Positions 26,542 to 34,929 of a DNA stretch of 64,000 bases are shown here, one piece after another; positions within the stretch are counted from its first letter, which is position 1; every line of letters begins with the position of its first letter. Origin of the DNA: Dehalococcoidia bacterium (GTDB taxonomy: Bacteria > Chloroflexota > Dehalococcoidia > Lucifugimonadales > Lucifugimonadaceae). A program made the translations under genes and the position numbers. The notes below the pieces were generated by a model. The model did no database searches. It was given only the letters and a program-made list of their open reading frames with translations, and was not told the DNA's origin. Location: contig OZ244903.1 of the NCBI GenBank assembly GCA_965221625.1, positions 644,685 to 708,684 of the forward strand, in the 5' to 3' direction.

Positions 26542-28986
26542 TCACTCTAGGTCAGCGACGGTGACACCGTTTCCGCCTTCGTTCTGCGGTGCCGGGCGAA
26601 AGCGTTCAACGTGGCGTTCACGAGAAAGGACGTCGCGCACCGCTTCACGCAAAGCACCGGTTCCCTCGCCGTGGATTATGCGGATTGCCGTCAAACCGTC
26701 CATGAAAGCGCGATCGATGAATTGCGGAACGACCGAGTCAACGCTGTGCGCGCGTGATCCTCGGATGTCCAACTCGCCCATCGAAACGACGGTGCTCGCT
26801 TCTTGCCGCGGTTGGGAGCGTAAGGACGACTCGTCAACGCCGCCGCCGGCTTCGTCGCGTTCGACGAGCTCCATCATGTGGGGTCGTGCTTCGAAACGCA
26901 TGCTGCCGGCGAGTATCACGGCACGATTGGACCGATCCAACTCGACAATCTTGCCAGACAATCCCAACGTGGGAACTTTGACTGTGTCGCCAACTAGGAA
27001 CTTCGACCGATCTTCGGCGGGTTGCGACGATTGGCGAACTTTGGCTTCAACGTCATTTTGGGACATCCAACTCGCGTCGCCGATGGTGCGGCCGATAGTC
27101 GATGCGGATTGTCGAGCTTCCTCCCACGCCTGATCGCGTCTTGCCTCACGCATCAATCGCCGAAGTTGCCGCCGAACGCGTTGCACCTCGCGTTTCAACG
27201 CTTCTTGGACGGAGGCGATCTCGCGCTCGCGGTCTTCCATCGCTTTCAGCTTCTCAGACTCGACGTCGGACCTAGTGTGTGCCACTTCTGCAAGTTCTGC
27301 AGTTAGTCGCTCCTGAAGTTCGCGCGTTTCGTCGCGGTCACGTTGCAACGCTTTGAGGAGTGCCTCGGCTTCTACTCGCGTCGGGTCCAGCATCGTCTCA
27401 GCGGTTTCTAAGATCGACGTTTCCAAGCCGAGTCGAGCGGCGACTTGCATGGCGTAGCTCTGGCCGGGAACGTCCATCACCAAGCGGTAGTTGGGCAGCA
27501 ACGTGTCGGTGTCGAGGATTACGGACGCATTGCGCAAGTTGCGATGTTTGGCGGCAAACTGTGCTACTGCACGATGATGAGTTGTCACGCACAACCACGC
27601 ACCTTTGGCTGCGAGCCGATCCAATATCGCACGCGCAATCGCAGAACCTTCCTCGGGATCCGTACCGGTCCCCAATTCGTCAAGCAGAACCAGCGAGTGC
27701 CCTTGAACTCTGCGCAGGATGCGGATGACGCGTTCCATGTGCGATGAGAACGTGGAGACGGAACGATCGATGCTTTGCGAATCCCCGATGTCGGCAAACA
27801 CGGTGTCGAAAATCGGCAGAGTCGAACCCTCCCTCGCAGGTATCTGGATGCCTGCTTGATGCATCAAAGCCAACAATCCCAACGTCTTCAGGGCAACCGT
27901 CTTTCCACCGGTATTCGGTCCCGTGATCACCAGTCCGCGTTGGACTTCATTGAGCTGCAATGAGATGGGTACTACTTCGTCACCCAACAGAGGATGACGC
28001 GCCTCGACCAGTACGACGCCGATGTCACCTTCGGCGTCGGTTTCTGCACGAAAACCACCTATCTTCAACGACAAACGGCCTCGTGCATATATCGAATCGA
28101 GTTTGGACGCTGCTTCAATCGATGCCAGCGCATACTCGCCGTGTTCCGCCACCATCCGCGACAACCCACGCAGAACCCGCTCCTCTTCCTTCTCGGCTTC
28201 GTAAGCGGCCTTGCGCCATTCGTTCGTTGAACTCACCGCTTGGAACGGTTCGATGAATGCCGTTTGCCCACTCGCCGACACACCGTGCACGATGCCAGGA
28301 ACGAACTGGCGGTGCGACGACTTCACTTCCAAGACTAGCCGGTCGGAGCGTGAGGCAATCACGGTGGATTGCAACGCAGGTTTCACCTCATCGCGACGGG
28401 TGAAATGCTCCAAGAGGCGCATCGATTGGCGGTATGAATGTCTAGACTTTTCTCGCAGTTGTGCCAACCGCGGCGTCGCCGAATCGAGTACCGTTCCCGA
28501 GTCTGAAAGTACCTCGAAAATCTGACCTCTGACCAACCTTAGGTCGCGGATCCCCTTCGCGGTTTCCGCGAGCAGCGGTGCTTCGATTTCCAATGTCAGT
28601 ACCTGCGCCCGCGCCGTCCACATCGAAGTGAACAGTTCGGCCAGAATCAGCAGATCGATCCCTGATAAAACGCCGCCTAGCATCGCCCTGCGCAACGATT
28701 CGCGCACGTCCCGCATCCCTGACATTCCGATGTCGCCGACTCTTCGAAGCAGCAGGACTGCCTCCGCGGTCTCGTCCTGCAACAACTCAACCTCGTCAAC
28801 AGTTCGCCCTGGCCGCGATGCCAACACCGCCTCGCGAGACAGATAGAAGCGCGCTTCGTCGGCGACCATCTCCCGAACGCGGTCGAACTCCAAGAGGGTC
28901 TCAGCCTCTTTTAGCATTGAGTCAACTTCTGGTTGCCAATCCGAATCCGAGCCGCGAATTTTGGTTTGTGCCGCACTTTCTGACAT
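26542..28986 (-). CDS. mutS2: Endonuclease MutS2 (MutS ATPase plus C-terminal Smr domain)
   Basis: Walker A ITGPNTGGKT, LLDELGTGTDP, and C-terminal Smr domain (LDIRG....., IIHGEGTGALR). The start could instead be the M at 28917 (MLKEAETLLEFD). Confidence 0.9.
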   Translation of the reverse strand: MSESAAQTKIRGSDSDWQPEVDSMLKEAETLLEFDRVREMVADEARFYLSREAVLASRPGRTVDEVELLQDETAEAVLLLRRVGDIGMSGMRDVRESLRRAMLGGVLSGIDLLILAELFTSMWTARAQVLTLEIEAPLLAETAKGIRDLRLVRGQIFEVLSDSGTVLDSATPRLAQLREKSRHSYRQSMRLLEHFTRRDEVKPALQSTVIASRSDRLVLEVKSSHRQFVPGIVHGVSASGQTAFIEPFQAVSSTNEWRKAAYEAEKEEERVLRGLSRMVAEHGEYALASIEAASKLDSIYARGRLSLKIGGFRAETDAEGDIGVVLVEARHPLLGDEVVPISLQLNEVQRGLVITGPNTGGKTVALKTLGLLALMHQAGIQIPAREGSTLPIFDTVFADIGDSQSIDRSVSTFSSHMERVIRILRRVQGHSLVLLDELGTGTDPEEGSAIARAILDRLAAKGAWLCVTTHHRAVAQFAAKHRNLRNASVILDTDTLLPNYRLVMDVPGQSYAMQVAARLGLETSILETAETMLDPTRVEAEALLKALQRDRDETRELQERLTAELAEVAHTRSDVESEKLKAMEDREREIASVQEALKREVQRVRRQLRRLMREARRDQAWEEARQSASTIGRTIGDASWMSQNDVEAKVRQSSQPAEDRSKFLVGDTVKVPTLGLSGKIVELDRSNRAVILAGSMRFEARPHMMELVERDEAGGGVDESSLRSQPRQEASTVVSMGELDIRGSRAHSVDSVVPQFIDRAFMDGLTAIRIIHGEGTGALREAVRDVLSRERHVERFRPAPQNEGGNGVTVADLE

Positions 28987-29038
28987 CGCGCTTTAGATTC
29001 TAGAACTCCGTTCTCAAGTTCACTGGTAGGGTGGTGAG

Positions 29039-29986
29039 TTGGCGATGCAAACCCTTGACGCGTTGAAAGTGCGCAATGACGCAAGCGTCGACGCCATCCA
29101 AGTCGCAGGTAGCGAACTGATGTCGTTCTCAGGCATCCGCTACGAGGGCCGATTCCTCGACGTTCCCAGCTACACCAACGTGTACACCAACGTGCACGTG
29201 ATGGAGTTCGGCGCAGGGCCGCCACTGGTGTTGGTTCATGGCGCATCAGGCGGCGGTGCGATTTGGCATCGACAGATCGCCGAATTGATGCAGTATCGGC
29301 GCGTCATAGTTCCCGACATCCCGCTATTCGGATTGTCGGACATGCCCACCAATATTGTTAATGTCCGCTCTCAGTTGGCCGAAGTCGTTTTGGGCGTAAT
29401 GGACGAATTCGGGATTGCGCGGGCGAGCATCGCTGGGCACTCGCTCGGAGGTTTTGCCGTGGCCGGAGCGTTAATCGAAGCACCAGAGAGGTTCGATCGC
29501 GCGGCATTGGTTTCGCCTGCCGGGTTTGGTCAGGGAATTGAGTTCGGCGTCCGCTTCGCCGCTTCCCCGTTGCTGGGATACTTCACACGACACGACATCG
29601 ACATAGTCCACAGCGTCTACTTCGATCGGATCGAAGCTCAAACCTCGCCCCCATCGCCCGAACGCGATGCCGTGAAGCACTACGGGTTGAATGTCAACCG
29701 ACGATCAGGTCGATTGCAGCGGTTTCGGAAGGGCATCCGGCGTTTCGCATCGTTGCGTGGCCAGACCGACGTCATCGACTCAGCTTCCGCATCTGCGATT
29801 TCGGCAGAAACGTTGATCATCTGGGGTAGCGAGGATCGCGTAATCCCAGCGAGTCACGCACACTACGCACTTGACATCGTGCCGAATTCGACAGCGGAAT
29901 TCATACCGAATCGCGGTCACCTCTTGCAGGTGGAGGCACCAACTCGCCTGACGCAGTTGTTCAACGACTGGTTCGTCATCAGCTGA
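29039..29986 (+). CDS. Alpha/beta-fold hydrolase
   Basis: HG.SGGG oxyanion region (LVLVHGASGGG), nucleophile elbow GHSLGG, C-terminal His region (NRGHL). Confidence 0.8.
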   Translation: MAMQTLDALKVRNDASVDAIQVAGSELMSFSGIRYEGRFLDVPSYTNVYTNVHVMEFGAGPPLVLVHGASGGGAIWHRQIAELMQYRRVIVPDIPLFGLSDMPTNIVNVRSQLAEVVLGVMDEFGIARASIAGHSLGGFAVAGALIEAPERFDRAALVSPAGFGQGIEFGVRFAASPLLGYFTRHDIDIVHSVYFDRIEAQTSPPSPERDAVKHYGLNVNRRSGRLQRFRKGIRRFASLRGQTDVIDSASASAISAETLIIWGSEDRVIPASHAHYALDIVPNSTAEFIPNRGHLLQVEAPTRLTQLFNDWFVIS

Positions 29987-30884
29987 ACTGTGTCCCGGTT
30001 GGAATCCCGGCTTCGGCTGCGGCAATTTTGTCTCCTTGCCCGATCCGTACTCGTTTGATACGTACCGCCCCGTCACGCGCCGCTATCGTCACTCCGGTTT
30101 CGTCTACACCTAAAACAGTGCCCGGCTGGTGCGTAGACTTGCCATCACAAACCGCACTGCCGTAAAACGAAGTCTTGATACCCTCGAGTTCGGCCCACGC
30201 GCCGGGTTGAGGATCGCAGCCGCGTATCAGGTTGTGCAGCGACGTTGGCGGTTGATCCCAATCTATGCGAGATTCGTCGACTCCGCACCATCCTTCGTAT
30301 GTAGCCTCTGACTCGTCCTGAGCGATTTTCGGTGCCTCACCGCCTTCGACTAGGGCGACAGAGTCGACAAGTGCCGCGACGCCCATTGGGAACAGATGCC
30401 CGAAGTAGATCGATCCCACTGTGTCGTTTGCTCCGACGTCGACACGTTTCTGCATCAAGATGGGACCAGTGTCCAGACCTTCGTCGGGCCAAAAGATCGT
30501 CAAGCCGGTTTCGGTATCACCGTTAATCAGTGCCCAGTTGATTGAACTCGGTCCTCGGTGGCGAGGCAGAAGCGACGGATGATATTGGATTGTGCCTTGC
30601 GTCGGTGATTCGATGATGTCGGACGGAACGATATCGGTTACATATGCCATCACGCACAGATCTGCGTTGAGACCTTGGAAGACGTCGATGCATTCACGAT
30701 CCCGCATTCTGGGGAATTGCCAGAGTGGCAAATCCAGCTCCGTCGCGGTTTCGGCCAACGGTTCTCGTCCACGTCGACCGTCGGGCGCGGCGAAGACGCC
30801 AACGATTTCGTGGTCGCCCGTCGCCGTCAGAGCCTCCAAAACCGCTTTGCCGAAAGCAGACTGCCCGATGATCGCTAGCTTCAT
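29979..30884 (-). CDS. Formyltransferase-family protein resembling the N-terminal 10-formyl-THF hydrolase domain of FDH / Fmt
   Basis: MKLAIIGQSAFG..., YHPSLLPRHRGPSSINWALINGDTETGLTIFW.DEGLDTGPIL. Its 3' end overlaps the convergent hydrolase gene by 8 nt. Confidence 0.75.
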   Translation of the reverse strand: MKLAIIGQSAFGKAVLEALTATGDHEIVGVFAAPDGRRGREPLAETATELDLPLWQFPRMRDRECIDVFQGLNADLCVMAYVTDIVPSDIIESPTQGTIQYHPSLLPRHRGPSSINWALINGDTETGLTIFWPDEGLDTGPILMQKRVDVGANDTVGSIYFGHLFPMGVAALVDSVALVEGGEAPKIAQDESEATYEGWCGVDESRIDWDQPPTSLHNLIRGCDPQPGAWAELEGIKTSFYGSAVCDGKSTHQPGTVLGVDETGVTIAARDGAVRIKRVRIGQGDKIAAAEAGIPTGTQFS

Positions 30885-30960
30885 CGACGTATCCTCTAAT
30901 GTGAGCCGTTCAACACCATGAATCTATCGGATTGTAGGGATCCGACGTTTTTTCGACCGC

Positions 30961-31341
30961 ATGCCTGAACCCAGCACAGCCTCAGAATACTTTGACCGAG
31001 GTTTGAAATCGGCACAACTCGGCCAACCAGATGCCGCTGCGAAAGACTTCGAGGAGGCGGCTTGGCTCGACCCGGACAATCCCGAAATCCAGTTCAATCT
31101 CGGCACCGCATATCTGAGTATGGGATTCTTCGAACAGGCCGTCGTCAATCTCGATCGGGCGGTGGCGTTGTTGCCTGACAGTTCGGATGCGCTTGGCAAT
31201 CGCGCCGTCGCCTACACCGCGCTGGGGCGAGACGATTTGGCGCAGCAAGACATCGCACGCGCAATCGAACTCGGTGCCCCACCCGATGGCATCCGCGCCA
31301 TTGTCGAGTACGTCAAGGACCGCCGCCGGCCCGCGAATTAG
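30961..31341 (+). CDS. TPR-repeat protein
   Basis: Three TPR-like units (A..DFEEA..LDP.N, FNLG.AY...G....A, A..NRA.AY..LG....A..D...A). Confidence 0.7.
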   Translation: MPEPSTASEYFDRGLKSAQLGQPDAAAKDFEEAAWLDPDNPEIQFNLGTAYLSMGFFEQAVVNLDRAVALLPDSSDALGNRAVAYTALGRDDLAQQDIARAIELGAPPDGIRAIVEYVKDRRRPAN

Positions 31342-31350
31342 ATTCGTACG
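31280..31350 (+). repeat. Left direct repeat (3' end of TPR gene plus stop codon)
   Basis: cacccgatggcatccgcgccattgtcgagtacgtcaaggaccgcc... recurs at 33755. There are 2 mismatches in the first 46 nt, then a more diverged ~25 nt that keeps the in-frame TAG. Confidence 0.85.
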
Positions 31351-31621
31351 TTCCGGTATATTCAGTTTCCAGCAAGTCGAATACGAACGTCAGCCGAACA
31401 CGAACCGGCGGGTTATGTGACCCTCGAATTTTTATCGATCCGTAGGTTGACGCAGATGCCGAGGTATTGGCGCAGCGTGCAATGTAAGCATAATGACCAG
31501 AATTTTCGGCAAGGCGAAAACGTCAAATGCGGCCGTATCAGGGTTCCGAGAAGGCGCGAATCGATGAGAGTAAGATCGCTGCACCACGCACGATCCCGTG
31601 TATGTTCGTGCAATCGGTGCG

Positions 31622-32578
31622 TTAAACGAGCATCGGTTCAGGCTTCATGACGCTCTGTACTCTACTGCGAGCCGCTACAACGTATTCGTCGTTGATGTCA
31701 TACCCGACGTAGTGACGTCCCGATTCGCTTGCCGCAACTGCGGTTGTCCCAGAACCAATGAAAGGGTCCAGAATAACGTCGTCAACGTAGGAATAAAGGT
31801 GGATAAGGCGAAGAGGTAGCTCCAAAGGAAAAGGTGCAGGGTGATTGACTTTCTTGGCACTGGCGGATGGGAAACGCCAAATGCTCTTCGTGCTCTCGAG
31901 GAAGTCATCCCTACCTATGCTGTTCTGCCTTACAGGGTGACGCTTGAATGTTCCTTTCGAAAAGACAAGAATGTACTCGTGTACGTCGCGTAGGACAGGG
32001 TTGCTTGCAGATTGCCAACTTCCCCAAGCACAGGATGTTCCTGCACTGGCACCTTTGTCCCAGATAATCTCGCCGCGCATCAAAAAGCCATTCGTGTGGG
32101 CGATTTCGGTCAGATACAGGTGGAGAGGGATGTAGGGGGAACGTCCGACATTCGCGATGTTGATGCAAGCCCTTCCGCCGTCGACCAAGACCCTGTACAC
32201 CTCGGACATGACCCCTGAAAGCAGGTCCATGTATTCTGGCAAGGTGAGATCCGCGTCGTAGTCCTTTCCAACGTTGTATGGCGGGCTTGTGATCATGAGA
32301 TGTACGGAGTTGTTCGGTAACTGATCCATGTTCCTGCTGTCGCCTACGTGGATTACATCCAACTCGCCGGGAGTGCGCTCCGGTTGGGCAGTTGCGTTCG
32401 CCGGTGTTTCTGGCAGCTCTTGATACAAACGCTGCCCGTAAAATTTGCTGGCGTCGTGGCCGAACCGACCACTCGTACCGAAACTGGATGTTTCGGTTCG
32501 CTTTACAGGCTGTCCCACAACTCGATCCATCTTTGGTACAAAGTCCTTTCCGTCAATAACGTCGGGTCCCGATTCCAA
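31622..32578 (-). CDS. Type II DNA methyltransferase, beta-class; SPPY motif suggests N4-cytosine specificity
   Basis: Motif IV ITSPPYNVG precedes motif I DPFIGSGTT (beta permutation). HPAPFPLELP block also present. Confidence 0.85.
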   Translation of the reverse strand: MESGPDVIDGKDFVPKMDRVVGQPVKRTETSSFGTSGRFGHDASKFYGQRLYQELPETPANATAQPERTPGELDVIHVGDSRNMDQLPNNSVHLMITSPPYNVGKDYDADLTLPEYMDLLSGVMSEVYRVLVDGGRACINIANVGRSPYIPLHLYLTEIAHTNGFLMRGEIIWDKGASAGTSCAWGSWQSASNPVLRDVHEYILVFSKGTFKRHPVRQNSIGRDDFLESTKSIWRFPSASAKKVNHPAPFPLELPLRLIHLYSYVDDVILDPFIGSGTTAVAASESGRHYVGYDINDEYVVAARSRVQSVMKPEPMLV

Positions 32579-32628
32579 CTGATTGGCAAGGTCCTAGTGT
32601 TTTCATTCGCCAACAGCAGTTCCAACGC

Positions 32629-33192
32629 TCAAGCCGAAATCTCAACTCCACGGGGGTTAGTGCCCCTGCGCGGAGGTTTCGTGTACCCATTCTTGCCAAC
32701 TCGATCCAGAACCTGTACTTGTGCGTCTAGCGGGATCAAAGCGAACTTGCCTTGCTTTCCCCAGAGAATGTTGACGTACATCATGTGGCTGGACGGTTGA
32801 CAACTGGCAACGAATGCGTCAATGCGATCCCAGTTAACTGTCCAAAATAGCTTGACTCCGCTTGTACCCGATGTCGATTTCGTCTTGATTGATAGGGGAT
32901 GATGGTTAACGCGGACGTCCAACTCGTGCGAAGTCGAAGGCGGAGAGTCGATCGCGCCAACACCATATAAGTACATGAGAAGGGCTATCAAAACCCTTTC
33001 CCTTGCTGTTCCAACCTCCATGCCCAGTTTCTTGCCTCGTCGGTTTTCCAACTCAACCATGTTGAATAGCGTAGGTAGCACTCGAACGATGCGATCTCGG
33101 TACGGCGGTTCGAATAGTTCGGCGACGAACCGGAGTTCGTGTTTATCTCCCAGTAAGCGTCCTGCGGGAACAGCCATGTCCTCGTTTGCCAT
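32629..33192 (-). CDS. Putative type II restriction endonuclease partner
   Basis: Immediately upstream of and co-oriented with the MTase. No family recognised. Possible PD-(D/E)XK-like stretch SHELDVRVNHHPLSIKTKS. ATG at 33192 preferred over the ORF-track start at 33297. Confidence 0.45.
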   Translation of the reverse strand: MANEDMAVPAGRLLGDKHELRFVAELFEPPYRDRIVRVLPTLFNMVELENRRGKKLGMEVGTARERVLIALLMYLYGVGAIDSPPSTSHELDVRVNHHPLSIKTKSTSGTSGVKLFWTVNWDRIDAFVASCQPSSHMMYVNILWGKQGKFALIPLDAQVQVLDRVGKNGYTKPPRRGTNPRGVEISA

Positions 33193-33754
33193 GTGTATTC
33201 GGTCCGTCCGCGATTTCGCCACCTTTTGGACAGGCAGTGCAGTCAGGTTGCAGAAACGCGGCGTCGGGTACCGTGAATTCCTGGTTTGGTGCCCCAATCA
33301 AGAGCCCTGCGACTTCGAAGATTAGTCCATTTTTCTCGCTCTCAACCGCATCAGAGTCTAGCGACGCTCGACCAATGCCTACTCGTCCGTCTAGGATACG
33401 CCGATTTGTGATTGACAGGTTGAACAAGTGTCAATCCGCAATGCAAGCTCGCGTCGCGGCACTGTAGGGAACTAAGTGGCAACGCGTCACCAGGTTTTGC
33501 CTCCCGGAAGCAGTGCGGTCTTGAGATTTGCTTTCCCAATCTGGTGACGTCAAGATCACACGGGGTCGCCCAAATGTGACCTCACTCAAGTGACATAGAA
33601 ACCTGACCAGAAGAGCAGTCGACATGTCCCGGTACGCTACAGGATTCGCGTTCGACTCATAGCATTAGGTCAGGCGAAAGCTAGTTCGAGCTTTCGAGGA
33701 TCCGGCGACTGTTTTGGTTGGATAGGGCGAGCGATGACGAATATTACTCCAAGT

Positions 33755-33826
33755 CACCCGACGGCATCCGCGCCGTTGTCGAGTACGTCAAGGACCGCCA
33801 TCGGCCTGCCAGATAGAATCGTAGAC
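33755..33826 (+). repeat. Right direct repeat (second copy of TPR-gene 3' end)
   Basis: Encodes PDGIRAVVEYVKDRHRPAR-stop, versus PDGIRAIVEYVKDRRRPAN-stop in the intact gene. Confidence 0.85.
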
Positions 33827-33862
33827 ACGCCGCAATCGAGTGTTTAGCTAGAGCGGAGAGGT

Positions 33863-34894
33863 ATGCAGATGGCCAAGACGCGTGTCGGCATCATCAACGT
33901 GACCGGCTATGCCGGGGCAGAGCTTGCACGCATCCTCCACCGACACCCGGATATTGAGATTTCGCAGGTTACCGGGCGTTCGGCTGCGGGGAAGCAACTG
34001 AGCGACGTCTATCCGCATCTATTCGACGTCGACTTTGAGATTTCTCCGGCTATCGACGAACCGATAGACTTTCTCTTCTCAGCGTTGCCCCATGCCGCAA
34101 GTGCCGAGGCGATGCAGCCGTTCATTGAGGAGGACATCCCCTCAGTCGACATCAGTGCCGATTTCCGCATCAAGGATCTCGATACGTATGCGCACTGGTA
34201 CAACGTCGAACATCCCTGCCCGCAGTTCATTGAGAACGCAGTTTACGGATTACCGGAGTTGCACCGCGCCGACATCAAACGGAGCAAGCTGGTCGCAAAT
34301 CCCGGATGTTACCCGACGGGGACGGTGTTAGGTCTCGCACCGGCAATCGATGCGGGAATTGTGAGGCCGGATGTGATTAGCGATTCCAAGTCAGGGACGT
34401 CGGGTGCCGGGCGCAAGGCCGACGTCGGGTTCAATTTCGCCGAAGTGAACGACAACATGTCGGCCTACGGGTTGTCCGGGCACCGCCACATGCCGGAGAT
34501 GGAGCAAGAGCTTTCGTCGCTCTCACGCAACGGAGACGTGTCGGTAACTTTCGTTCCTCATCTCGCACCAATGACGCGGGGAATTCTTGGCACGCACTAC
34601 GCCACGCTGAAGGATGGCGTGTCGACTGAGCGTGTCGACGAGATCTACCGTGATTTCTACGCTGATGAACCTTTCGTCAAGGTGACCGAGAATGCGCCGT
34701 CGACGAAGCAAACTTGGGGCAGCAACCACGTCTTGGTCAATGTCAACGTGGATGCGCGCTCCGGACGGCTGATCGTCATCACTGCGCTCGACAATCTCGT
34801 CAAAGGTGCCGCCGGTGCTGCCGTTCAAAACATGAACCTCATGCTCGGACTTGAGGAGGACGCGGGACTGCAGGCTGTAGCCATCTATCCCTGA
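33863..34894 (+). CDS. argC: N-acetyl-gamma-glutamyl-phosphate reductase
   Basis: GIINVTGYAGAEL.R.L..HP, active-site region LVANPGCYPT, and C-terminal DNL.KGAAG.AVQN.NLM.G. Confidence 0.93.
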   Translation: MQMAKTRVGIINVTGYAGAELARILHRHPDIEISQVTGRSAAGKQLSDVYPHLFDVDFEISPAIDEPIDFLFSALPHAASAEAMQPFIEEDIPSVDISADFRIKDLDTYAHWYNVEHPCPQFIENAVYGLPELHRADIKRSKLVANPGCYPTGTVLGLAPAIDAGIVRPDVISDSKSGTSGAGRKADVGFNFAEVNDNMSAYGLSGHRHMPEMEQELSSLSRNGDVSVTFVPHLAPMTRGILGTHYATLKDGVSTERVDEIYRDFYADEPFVKVTENAPSTKQTWGSNHVLVNVNVDARSGRLIVITALDNLVKGAAGAAVQNMNLMLGLEEDAGLQAVAIYP

Positions 34895-34929
34895 TCCTCC
34901 GCGTGCCGGGCGTCGCTAGCCTTGGCTAC

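Larger units (their letters stand above)
31280..33826. mobile_element. ~2.5-kb restriction-modification islet bracketed by ~70-bp direct repeats; no recombinase gene
   Basis: The direct repeats are 2475 bp apart. The interior holds only an MTase, a putative REase and ~740 nt of non-coding DNA. It looks more AT-rich than the flanks (hand count ~51% GC in one 100-nt sample; not computed window-wide). Confidence 0.65.

Noticed and set aside
31342-33862. tRNA gene, integrase/recombinase remnant or controller (C) protein within the R-M islet flanks
   Set aside because: There is no T-arm/anticodon-arm pattern. The short ORFs here (31413..31613, 31417..31650, 33351..33539, 33431..33625) have no HTH or recombinase features. 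Only a small hairpin (33675-33696) was seen.
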